A stretch of 62,676 bases of DNA, filler included, from Nemertoderma westbladi (lineage: Eukaryota > Animalia > Xenacoelomorpha), in the NCBI GenBank assembly GCA_032718475.1. It is 3 parts of 3 records of this genome, joined end to end, with 100 filler letters (N's around TTAATTAATTAA, not from the genome) between each part and the next. Parts side by side here need not be neighbours in the genome. Positions count along the whole stretch, not along the records: positions 29,899 to 56,110 come from JAUCBJ010002585.1; 2 more parts are not named here. One strand, written 5' to 3'. The notes below the pieces were generated by a model. The model did not search any database, was not told the origin of the DNA, and saw nothing but the letters and a program-made list of their open reading frames with translations. Below, one piece after another: positions 36,331-47,418 of the stretch. The position numbers and the translations under genes were made by a program. Each line of letters begins with the position of its first letter. Position 1 is the stretch's first letter.

Positions 36331-38294
36331 GGTGTCGTCGCGATTCGGCAAAAAAAGTTGCGTTTCGGCAACTGTCGCGTTTCGGCAACTGTCGCGATTC
36401 GGCAAAAAAAGTTGCGTTTCGGCAACTGTCGCGTTTCGGCAACTGTCGCGTTTCGGCAACTGTCGCGATTCGGCAACTGTCGCGATTCGGCAACTGTCGC
36501 GATTCGGCAACTGTCGCGATTCGGCAACTGTCGCGATTCGGCAACTGTCGCGATTCGGCAACTGTCGCGATTCGGCAACTGTCGCGTTTCGGCAACTGTC
36601 GCGTTTCGGCAACTGTCGCGTTTCGGCAACTGTCGCGTTTCGGCAACTGTCGCGATTCGGCAACTGTCGCGATTCGGCAACTGTCGCGTTTCGGCAACTG
36701 TCGCGTTTCGGCAAAGAAAGTTGCGTTTCGGCCAAAAAGATGCGTTTCGGCAAAAAAGTCGCATTTCGGCAAAAAGGTGTGATTCGGCAAAAAAAAGTTG
36801 CGTTTCGGCAAAAAGTCGCGTTTCGGCAACAGTCGCGATTCGGCAAAAAAGTTGCGTTTCGGCAAAAGGTTGCGTTTCGGCAAAATTATTTCTTTATTGC
36901 ACGAGAATACACTATGAAGTAGAGTACCGCGCCTGTGCCCATTGCAGGAAAGTAAAAGAGTCCGGTGGCGTCAACATGAAGTTTAGTTTGTACTGATATA
37001 TTATCTTAATTGCAAATAACAATATCACGAGTGGGGCCTTTGTGCAGCAAAAAAGCTGCAAGCCATCCTAGCGAACAATTATAATGTTGGCTAGTTATAC
37101 CTTTGGCTTCCGACAATTATGGCTTCCGAAACAAACACCCAGAGACTTTTAGAAAACGGCCAGTGTATAAGGTAAGGTTAGTATAATTATAACATTTCGC
37201 TGATGGCTCGCTGTTTTGACTCGCCCCACATATTTAATTTAGTTTCCCTGCTTAGGTTTGTTTGATTTAAATATTCGTGCACTGTCCTACCATCTGTGAT
37301 GTTCTCATTGTAGTTTTAGGAACGAATCAATACCGGAAAGAATAGGGTGACAGCTTTGAACTTTTTAAATCGAAACTTAAGAGTTGAAAAGACAGGCACC
37401 ACAGGGTGTTGTCATGTAAATTTGGCGCTATAGAAATATAAACATAATAATAATACATAAACTAATTTAGTAGTTAGAGTGTATTTGCGGTTGTGGAGGT
37501 TGTGATTGGAAGTGGTTAAAGACGGCCAAGTACTGTAGGGTTGAGCCCAGTGGCAGCAGATGATGATATTGACAGATGGGAGGCCATGATGAGGTAAATT
37601 GCGGAGATACAAGGTATCAGGTAGTATTTCCAGGTCTATCTTTTACCTGAGCCGTTAGCTGAATGGTTAGAGCGTCAGATTTCCAACCCGGAGGTCACCA
37701 GTTCGATCCCATGTGGACGCCATTGCCGACTTTGCAAAGCTGTGCCCAACAAAAAGTTATAATAATTATGAACATATAATTATATTTATTTATGGGGAAT
37801 TATTAGTAGTTATACACTTAAACTTTTTAGAACAACCTAATAATGCCGCGGTAACATACTGGATATACTGGACCTAACATAGTAAAATGTATGGCGTAGG
37901 GACATACTGAGAAATAATGTTGCACTGCGATGTAAAGTTAGAAAATATGGAGCCCTGGCGATTTTGTAGTGCGAAATTAATTCCACACAAATAAATAAAA
38001 TAATATTAGTACTGTGTACTTAGTGTATTAATTAATACCTTGCATAATTGTCATAAAGACCACTCCAATTTTAATTATTGAATTCAACGCGGATCTAACA
38101 CATCTAGGAATTTATTTTTATCTTTTGCCGAAACGCAACTTTTTGCCGAAACACAACGTTTTTTTTGCCGAATCGCGACTTTTTGCCGAATCGCGACTTT
38201 TTTGCCGAAACGCATCTTTTTTGCCGAAACGCAACTTTTTTGCCGAATCGCGACTGTTGCCGAAACGCGACAGTTGCCGAAACGCGATGTAACC
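36331..38294. mobile_element. Non-autonomous foldback/MULE-like element with arms made of 17-bp tandem repeats
   Basis: Left arm 36331-36885 (gcgattcggcaactgtc)n, inverted right arm 38123-38294, GG..CC termini, 8-bp TSD GCTTGTGG (36323-36330, 38295-38302). Confidence 0.88.
37649..37722 (+). pseudogene. tRNA-like sequence (tRNA pseudogene or SINE head, TCC in the anticodon-loop position)
   Basis: TAGCTGAATGGTTAGAGC A box and AGTTCGATCC B box; stems pair poorly. Confidence 0.6.
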
Positions 38295-38729
38295 GCTTGT
38301 GGTACCCATATAAGAAAAACGGTTCGGACACGCCAAAATTGGATAACAATTAAGAGTTAGTTCTGGACACAAGTGCTACTATAATCAACGAGACGAGACG
38401 AGAACAATAAATACAAGACATAAAAATATAAAAGAAATGAAATGAAAAACTAAATACAAATAGCATAAGAGCAAAGAACTCTGTAGAATTGAATATAGCA
38501 GCAATAGATTAATTATTAAAAAAGAAATGAAAACGAAATACATAATTGTCCATAAGGAACAAAGATGTCTGGATAATGAAAGATGGCCATAATAGAATTA
38601 TAAAATACGAACAGGACAAAGTAAAAATATATAGGTATATAAGGTTTAAAACGAATAAAATAATAAAAACTTAAAAAGGGAGTAAAACATCAGTAAAATG
38701 TTTAAATCATACATGTAATAACTCTTTAC

Positions 38730-39354
38730 ATACTTGTGTGTAAAGTAGCACTTTACAGTGAGATTATCCGAGTGGCTTTGTTACACGAACGAACGTTAGT
38801 GAGTGAGTGAAAATAAAGCCACGAGGAGCAGAACACTGTAAAGTACTTTGCAACAAATATGTATGTAGTTTTATTCCAAAATTTTAACATTACGAAATGA
38901 TTGTACATATACTGTACATTATAAGTGATAGAAACTGCAGAAATTATATTAGAAGCTGTATAAATAATTGTAAAAATGACATAAATTATTTTATAAATAA
39001 GTTAGCTTATATTTATAGTGGCGTTTGGAGCCATGTTATAATAATATAGCTAAGCCCTACTGGTTAAATAGCTATACCCCGCCTACCGGTAGGTAATGCA
39101 GTAGGCCTATCTGGCTGTCAGGCAAATTTCCACCTATTGTTTACGTGGTAAACCATAACGGCGTTAAGTTATGTCCCCTTAGTGGACATTACTTAACGTC
39201 GTCATGCGTCTTCACGTAAACAATAACACCAAATACAATACTAAATGTACAGGCCAATACAATGATGTAATGTCCTCTAAAGTTGTAAACTGCTAAATAA
39301 CAACTCGCTGTTAATTCTAACGGCGTTGAGTAATGTTACAATTTTGGAATAAAA
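38730..39354. mobile_element. Non-autonomous palindromic element (Crypton-like layout)
   Basis: Long imperfect hairpin 38730-38865 (actttacagtg..gtggcttt / aaagccac..cactgtaaagt) plus an inverted pair ttttattccaaaatt.taacatta (38869) / taatgttacaattttggaataaaa (39331). The family assignment is inferred. Confidence 0.5.
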
Positions 39355-39674
39355 AAATGTATATAAAAAACAATATGTTGAATCGAGTTAATCAGAATAT
39401 CACAATAATTAATTTCAAAGGATGGCCCTAAAAATTGGCCCAAAGTGGGTATATGCTACGGCTGTACCAGATCCCTCGTCCGACTGTAAATCTCCCTATT
39501 TCTTCTCTTTGTACCGGTACCATCCATTGTTAGGTTGGGTGACTTGGTGCGCACATTAATACTACTGTTGTACCTATGGCTATGCCTCCCGTAATAGGAC
39601 TACTGCCGACGACTTGTGTAGTAATACAGTGAATCCCTCAATTTACATTTCGATTTTCACTGCGACCAACTTAC

Positions 39675-39879
39675 CTGGGGAAGAAACACTATCTTCAGGG
39701 ACCTGCAGAGACTTGGATACCTGGCCAGACCGAAGTCTATCATTGGTTAGGCGCGGTAGACCGTTGGAAGCAGACCTCCGACCGGCACCGGGGTTGGCTG
39801 TAGCTGGTCGTGGGTTCAGTTCCAGTCCGCATGACGAAGGGCGGAAATTAATGGCCATTGCGGAGGATACCTTCGCCAT
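39675..39879 (-). CDS. First coding exon of EFCAB6-like gene (MAKVSSAMAINFRPSS...PEDSVSSP)
   Basis: aaacaATGG start, cag|GTAAGT donor at 39674, phase-1 join to 34144 keeps the frame, X-boxes upstream. Confidence 0.65.
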
Positions 39880-40122
39880 TGTTTATAAAGAAGATATGAT
39901 TACACAACTATTGATGGGTTTTATAAATAAAGAACTATGTGAGAGCATGAGTTGAATGATGATTTCCTCCGGCGTATGAAATAGGCTGACTATCTAGACT
40001 GTAATGCTAGGCCTATAACAAATTAAAATACTACTGTATTAATATGTGGCCGTTATAATTCATCCAACAGTCTAAATTCACCTTCCAACTGCAGTGACAG
40101 AACAGACTGTCTTCCCTTGGAT

Positions 40123-40207
40123 GTTGTTTAGGCAACCGGAATTACTAGGTGATATTGCTATCAGATACCTCACAATTTCACGGCATTTATACTCGTTGCC
40201 AGGATAC
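40123..40207. promoter_or_regulatory. RFX X-box-like motifs GTTGTTTAGGCAAC (40123-40136) and GTTGCCAGGATAC (40195-40207)
   Basis: Both resemble the GTNRCC-N0-3-RGYAAC consensus and lie 240-330 bp upstream of the ATG at 39879. Confidence 0.6.
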
Positions 40208-40809
40208 TGATTTCAGCCACAGAGTTATAGCCAATCGTAACACGGCTATGTCATTTACAAATTCCTGCCATTGGTCAATTTAAATTCTTCGCTAAGATAT
40301 TCTGAAGGCCAAATGGAGAAATTATAGGTATGTGTTCTTAGAGGCTAAGTACTGCCGTCTGGTTAGTTACTGGTACTGCCGTTAGGTATTGCCGTCTGAA
40401 CTGGTAGGTACACCGCACAGCAACACCACACGCACCTACAACTGCTACAGAATGCTCAAGTTATACTTCAGTATCTGCATAGTTTTAACTGATAGGAGCT
40501 ATACTATAAAATATATATTAAGTAGAATAAAATGGCCTCCAGCGGATTAAAAAACATGCAATATTAACACACCCATATCTCAGCTATTTCCCAGCCAAAT
40601 TCAAATGTTATTAGATATTTGGTATCCATGCACGGCTAGCTTGCTTTTGGTACCACCAACAATAGATTTCTATAAGGTTGAAGATGAAGAATAACTGGCG
40701 AATCTGGTCTATCTATAATCGGCATGATTGCAGCCGCACATTGAGATGCTATGGTGGCTTGAGAAAAAATTTGTGCCACCACCATGCTATCTACAATTGG
40801 GTTGTTGTT

Positions 40810-41016
40810 ATACAGCGTGCATTATGAATGCTATACCGGCTTGTCGACAAAATTGCGCCGCCACAACTCCCTATTCCTCATGCCTTTCGCGAAATTATCC
40901 CCATCTTCAAGGTTAGAGTCTTTTAAGAGTCTCTGTGTGACTTCCAAATCCTGGACAGCACATTCAATGTGGCCCATGCCTTCTTCCTCTTACATATTCG
41001 AAGGTCCTCCTCACCT
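40810..41016 (-). mobile_element. Internally deleted RTE fragment
   Basis: Reverse complement joins the EDLRI..AWA..IWKS segment to the 3' end segment of the family. Confidence 0.7.
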
Positions 41017-41315
41017 GGCCTCCGCGTAACGTGTGAAATTTAGAAAGAAAACGATTTCAACTATTTCAAACAGCTAAAGATTGAAAGCGAAAATATATAT
41101 TCTGTCTCTAAGGGTCCACTAAGGGAGATGGAGGTGAAACAATCTGTTTCAAATCTGTTTGATGCAATCTCAATTTGTAAAACGAATGTGGTGGAGGTAT
41201 CGCGTCATAGATACGACACTATATTCCGGGGCATTCGGAATTACTTCGGCCAGCGGCCTCAGTAGTTATACGATTTACCGTATATCACCTTCTGGGACAG
41301 GCGATAATCTCTGCG

Positions 41316-41520
41316 TATTAGCGTGTGATATTGTGGTGTATTAGTGTGTGATATTGTGGTGTATTAGCGTGTGATATTGTGGTGTATTAGCGTGTGATAT
41401 TGTGGTGTATTAGCGTGTGATATTGTGGTGTATTAGCGTGTGATATTGTGGTGTATTAGCGTGTGATATTGTGGTGTATTACTGTGTGATAATGTGTGGT
41501 GTATTAGAGTGTGATATTGT
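41316..41520. repeat. 23-bp tandem repeat (tattagcgtgtgatattgtggtg), about 8-9 copies
   Basis: Direct periodicity. Confidence 0.9.
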
Positions 41521-42102
41521 TTATTAAATATAATTAGAATATATTTGGCATAAGTTAATAACATCATAAACATGAGCATTGTGTGTTACCCATTGGTAGT
41601 CACTGCATGATACTCAATAGGTCGTTAACTCTTTATAGGCAAGGCCAGGTAATTACTAACCAGGCGGAGAGCGTAAATAATTATGACACCGAAATATATT
41701 ATGAGACGACACTTCGTCGCCAGACCTGTTCGTCCCTTACTACTCCCATAGTTTATACAATGCCCATGTTAGTTATCCCCCAATTAGTCTCCGCCACCAT
41801 TGGATATTGGGCAAACATATGGAAGTTTGTTGTCAAATTTACATTTCGTACACTACCACTCATCGCTGCCGCGATCACCCTCCCCACCAACCACTTCCAT
41901 CTGCTTGAACTACTATACACATATGCGGGGGGTGGGGGTGGGGGTGGGGGTGGGGGTGGGGGTGGGGGGGGGGGGGGGGGGGGGGGGTTGAAGAGCTTTA
42001 AACAACAAATATATATGCAGTATGGAAAAAATGTAAATCGTAAATAGAAATGTATATCATATAATATAATCGTAAATATATATCATAACTTGATGAAAGG
42101 AC

Positions 42103-43599
42103 TCAATAGTCAATACCGTTCATTAAAGGTAATCTTGACCCCATTGGCCGCTTAAGAATAATTCCCATAGACAGATTTAACTGCTCTACTGTTTGTTTTG
42201 TCGACAATCGAAACTTGCGAACCACCTTAGCGACGACAATCTTTTCCTCTATCATGGCAAACTTCTGACCGATACAATTTCGAGGCCCGGCGGAAAAGGG
42301 AATGTAAGCGTACGGGTGCCGGCCTACAGAATTCTCTGGGAGAAACCTATCTGGATCAAATATTTCGGGATCGGGAAAATACAGGGGATCTCTGTGGATG
42401 AAATACGGGTAGATAATGATCTCGCATCCCTTTGGAATGAAGGTCGAGTTTATGGTTAAATCTTCCTGCAAATCCCGACCGATTACTGGTACACTGGGCA
42501 TCAGACGAAGAGTTTCCTTTATAAAACATTCCAAATATTTCATTTTTGACACATCGCTTTTATTTATATAGGGTCTGTCTCCTAATGTGTTGCTAATCTC
42601 TTCGTAAACTTTGTTTTGTAACTCCGGGTGTCTCGCCAGGTTGTACAAAGCGAAACTGGCAGCGGCCGCGGTCGTATCGTGGCCTTCAAACATAAATGTG
42701 TCGACTTCTTCCTGAATATCTTTCAAACTAAGACAGACATTGGCCCCCAGTAACATGTCTAGGAATGCTTTTCGTTTCGATACGTATTCGCTCTCAATAT
42801 CACTGAGTCTGAGGATTCTTTCTTCAATTACTTTTCGGGTGAAGTCCCTACTTTCTTTAACCAATCGCTTGAATCGACGCCCGTGATTGGTCAATCCATA
42901 TATCCAATCGTTTACGGTGTAGATCGGGTTCTTTGTGCGATCCATAACCATCTCCGTAAGAGTGTGCATATTGCGAGCGTACGCGGAAGATTTTCTCTGA
43001 GCGTCCACGGTTACACCCATTGCTGTTTCGCATATAATATCGAGCATACAATTAGCAATTGGTTCAACAACGTCCATTGTGTCATCCAATTCTATTTTAC
43101 TTTCCAATTGAGACAATAAGATATCGGCCTGTTCATTAAACACCTCTATAAACTCATCGATGATGGTAAAATGGAATGAAGGTGTAATTAAACGTCGACG
43201 TTGTTTCCATTTCTCGGCCTTGCTTAACAACAACCCGTCTCCTAACCAGGCACTTAACACCTTGTAAAATTTCGCTTTAGGTATGAACTTATTGCTGTGC
43301 ATAATTTCACTAACACTTTCTGCATTAGGAAGATATATAAAGGGTTGCGGTCCAACGAATATCCGAACTATGTTTTTATACTGACAGTAAACGTCAAACA
43401 TATTTTGTACTTGAATGAGGAATTTTGAGTTATCAATTTCCATCTGAAGTGCGTTACCTATTATAGGGTACGCTGGTAAGCCCGGCAAATCGATTGTATA
43501 TTTATAGAGTCTGTAGAAGTGAGATATCAACTTGTATAATTTATACGATGCCAAGGTTATACACAGAGTAAATATAATAATAACAATATTGGTCAACAT
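42103..43599 (-). CDS. CYP4: Cytochrome P450 family 4 (CYP4V/CYP4C-like), intronless
   Basis: N-terminal transmembrane anchor, PGLP..PIIGN hinge, WKQRRR, EEVDTFMFEGHDTT, KETLR, PDRF and FSAGPRNCIG heme motif. Probable 1-nt frameshift near the C-terminus. Confidence 0.96.
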   Translation of the reverse strand: MLTNIVIIIFTLCITLASYKLYKLISHFYRLYKYTIDLPGLPAYPIIGNALQMEIDNSKFLIQVQNMFDVYCQYKNIVRIFVGPQPFIYLPNAESVSEIMHSNKFIPKAKFYKVLSAWLGDGLLLSKAEKWKQRRRLITPSFHFTIIDEFIEVFNEQADILLSQLESKIELDDTMDVVEPIANCMLDIICETAMGVTVDAQRKSSAYARNMHTLTEMVMDRTKNPIYTVNDWIYGLTNHGRRFKRLVKESRDFTRKVIEERILRLSDIESEYVSKRKAFLDMLLGANVCLSLKDIQEEVDTFMFEGHDTTAAAASFALYNLARHPELQNKVYEEISNTLGDRPYINKSDVSKMKYLECFIKETLRLMPSVPVIGRDLQEDLTINSTFIPKGCEIIIYPYFIHRDPLYFPDPEIFDPDRFLPENSVGRHPYAYIPFSAGPRNCIGQKFAMIEEKIVVAKVVRKFRLSTKQTVEQLNLSMGIILKRPMGSRLPLMNGIDY

Positions 43600-45224
43600 A
43601 TTTACTTTATATTATAGCTGTTTACTAATACATAGTCCTACAGCATCTATAGTACTGCATGTAATTACACAATAAATAATCTTGACGATATTCAGTTACT
43701 TATTTTAAAATTACTAATAATGTATGTAGTCTGAAGGTCAATATGATGATAATATTAGATATATTAGAAATCGACCATGCATTAGAGGTCGCAGTTAGGG
43801 GTGAAGGGCAACGTAATTAATTATTAGTATTATTATCATTGAATTATATAAAATGATATTGATTTAAGGATCAATTGCACTGCTGAGTTAAAAGTTTATT
43901 TATCACATAAAATTACAAATAAAAACTGATAACTCCATTCAATCCTCCGTCACGCTATGTAGAGGTCTACCACTGCTAACAGGTGGTCTAACAGTACCAG
44001 ATCTACCACCACATCTACCTCAACTAGGTGCCTAAACTGAAGCTGGAATAATTGCAATTTCGTTTTGCGTTTTACTATTGCATATACAGGAGTAAGTATA
44101 GGTTTGGTGTACAAATTCCGTACGTATTGTAAATGTAAATATGGTGTACCCAGTGTGCTCGGAGGCGCTAAATATAACTTCGTCTAAGCTTAATAACAGT
44201 TGAACAACTTAATATAAATTGATAAAACTTTCACAAGTTTTTAGACTTTATGAGACTTTATGATGTCACCCAATTCAATGGTCCGTCGCTAGGCTGCCAT
44301 ATGTGGTAGCCCCTTCTGGTAGCCTCTTACTTCAGATGACATACCATATCCCTCTATTGAACATACACCAGGATGTTACGCACGGTTCATGGCATAAGAT
44401 ACAGGGCTTAATCAACTATCAGGGATTTGAAAATCTCGGTTATTTCATATTATTGCCGAAAACCCAGCACCGCCCTGATAGCACGATAGTTGGGTTTTGC
44501 TTCGCTACTATTATAGAACTGAAAAAACATGTACATGATGATGATGTTCTATGTCAGACCGCTGTCGAGTGGAAAGAATCTTGGTGGTCAGCTATTGACA
44601 TGAAACATCTGCTAACAGATGGCCTTGATAAATTGATATGGTTTGGAGATTAACATCCTGACCGCGAACTTTGGAGGTATTGAGCTACAAAGTCAGCCAA
44701 ATAATCAATATGGTGTGGCCGATTTCATGTATGGATGTTAGTCTGGTTGTGTGTTAAACAACGGGCCATGTGAAGTATACAACCAGACATTCTGCTGTTA
44801 TATTTCACTTTGCAGTTAAACCCATGTGAAAACTAAGGCAGTGGTTTTTTATGTCCTTTTATTTGACTTTTTTGTCCTGCTTTTTTTACGAATTGTGCAT
44901 AATGACTTTTGTTGTCCCTTGAATGACTTTTGTTGTCCTTTAATGACTTTTTATGTATGTATTTCTTCAAACTGTCAGACTGCTGCTTTCTGGACTGTCA
45001 GACAGTTGATTTCAACATGCCTATTCCAAAACATTCAAAATTTGTTGATTTCTGGTCTGTCGGACAGTTGGTTTCACTATACCTGTGCCAAAACATTCAA
45101 AATTCCATGATTTATAGACTATGAGATAGATTTCCATATGCGCCTGTGGTAAAAGACTCTAAATTTAATAGTTTGTGGTTGTTGTCGATATTCGATTACT
45201 ACATGACGTAGCAAAACACTAATT

Positions 45225-45857
45225 TTATAGCCAAAAACAATTACCAATTGATGGAAAGGGGCAGGTTAAGGTCGGATTTTCTAACCAAAACAATAAACAG
45301 TCACTTTACCAAATGAAGGAAAGGAGCAGGTTACACAGATGGTCTTTTCTAACCAAAACAATAAACGATAACATTACCAATTGAGAGAAAGGAGCAGGTT
45401 ACAGAGGCGGGATTTCCTAACCAAAACAATAAACGATCACTTAACTAATTGAGGGAAAGGAGCAGGTTACAGAGGCGGGATTTTCTAACCAAAACAATAA
45501 ACGATAATTGAACTAATTGAGGGAAAGGGGCAGGTTACAGAGACGACATTTTCTAACCAAAACAATAAACAGTCACTTTAGAAAATGAAGGAAAGCAGCA
45601 GGTTACAGAGATGGCCTTTCTAACCACAACAAAGAAGGGTCACTTTACCAAATCAGGGAAAGGAGCAGGTTACAGAGGCGGGATTTTCTTACCAAAACAA
45701 TAAACGGTCATTTAACTAAATGAAGGAAAGGAGTGGGTTACAGAGGCGGGATTTTCTAACCAAAACAATAAACAGTCACTTTACTAAATGAAGGAAAGGA
45801 GCAGGCTACAGAAGCGGGCCTTTCTAACCAAAACAATAAACGGTGACTTTACCAAAT
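45225..45857. repeat. About 68-bp degenerate tandem repeat, about 9 copies
   Basis: ctaaccaaaacaataaac..gaaaggagcaggttacagag recurs about every 68 nt. Confidence 0.9.
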
Positions 45858-47123
45858 CACAATCCAGTTTGGCCTAACAATTATTTAAAATTTATTAGCA
45901 CAACCGGTCAGCCGGTAGGCCTACCATTATCGTATTTAAATGGTACCTTTTAAATGTATTTAAATGGCAAATGGTACCGGTGCCGGTACCGGTACTAAAA
46001 TACCTGCTTTATACCTACATCTGTACATACAATACAGTACAGCAATACTGCAAAATAGTGTTCTATATACTAATACCGGTACTGATAGCCTGAGAGAACA
46101 ACAGTAGAGAAACCGGTAGCATGGAACCTAACGGTAAATTTCTGGAGGACATAAAAAGTAAAAAAAAAGGACATCATGAGTGATTTAAACGGACAATAAA
46201 AATTATTGCGGAAAACTAACAGGTTTTCACCACTAAAAACATTACAGAAGGGCTGATTATAACCAATAAAGTTAATTAGTATCTGTACATGTTATAAGAT
46301 TGGAATAAGTGCTATAAAACTCTTGAAACTCTTGAACTCAATAAAATTGAAACAAATTCTTTATATTTAAAAAGTCAATAAAGTTCCACCTAAAAGTGAA
46401 AACATGGTAATCTTCACATAGACGAAATTAAAAAAAAAGTATCCATTTATAGGATTGATAAACGATAGATTATATGGTAGACCTAAATACTATACAGCAA
46501 TGCATACAGTATTATCTATAGGGCTTCAATCACAAATGATTGCGACTTGAAATCAAAAACTGAAATCATCTGTAGCCAATGTATAAAAATTGTGTAGTCA
46601 ATATCCAGTTTCTATCTAAATGTTGATACTCCATCTAGTTTACTGTAGGTGTATGTACAATAATACTGCATGAATATTTACTCAAGAAAATGTAGAGATA
46701 TTATGTAAATAGTAATTGGTCATAATACAAAGTAGTTGATGATGGCGATACATGTAGGCTAACAAGTGCAGGTCTAAACTATCACATAATTTAGTTTCCT
46801 TCCAACCAAATAATATTTTACTAAAGACAATAAGACAAAAAATACTTTCTTAAATTATATCACAATACAGTATAACAATTAAATAATGAAACAAACCAAT
46901 CTGTAATCTTAAGTCCTTCCTCTACAACGCCGTAACAAACAGATCCAACAACTCTAGCCTTACAATCCGCTTTCTCTCTAATTAATCGTATAATATTAGA
47001 TGTGTGCTGCTAGCCATGGGTTGCGATCTAAGCGTTGCGGTTCATGGGTTGCGGTTCAAAGTTAGCCGCCCCAAAACTTAGGATTCCTGTCTAAATTCTG
47101 GTTCTCTTATGCTTCGATATCAG

Positions 47124-47418
47124 GTTTGATAATGATGTAGCAGATATTGGTGCGTTCAGCATTGATAATTTTATGTTGCCAGGTGGGACAATGAGTGACA
47201 TGTTGATACTGGCACTGGCAGCAAAATGGGGATACCCCTTTAAGCGTTAGTATGACTGTCTTATCTGTTCAACGATTGGTGCATTCGCTTTGACGCCACT
47301 ACAATTGTCTGTCTATGGAAGATCTTGGACAGAAGAAGCAGCTGTTATTCCTTTTGTTAACATCGAACAAAAATATGAGCAGAAATGTTGTGATTCTTAA
47401 TCATTGGAATTGCGATTC
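47124..47418 (+). pseudogene. SLC10 (sodium/bile-acid cotransporter family) pseudogene, 5' part
   Basis: PGGTMSDML / NGDTPLSVSMTV / CSTIGAFALTPLQLSVYGRSWTEEAAVIPFVNI spread over shifted frames. Confidence 0.75.

Noticed and set aside
36276-36996. Overlapping ORFs in six frames
   Set aside because: Products of the stop-free 17-bp repeat arm of the foldback element.
44290-44680. ORF 44303-44653
   Set aside because: It looks like a very decayed RTE-type 3' fragment rather than a gene, and is too degenerate to call.
44823-46235. Possible hAT-like MITE around the 68-bp repeat (gtgaaaac / gttttcac ends)
   Set aside because: The inverted match is short and no TSD was found.
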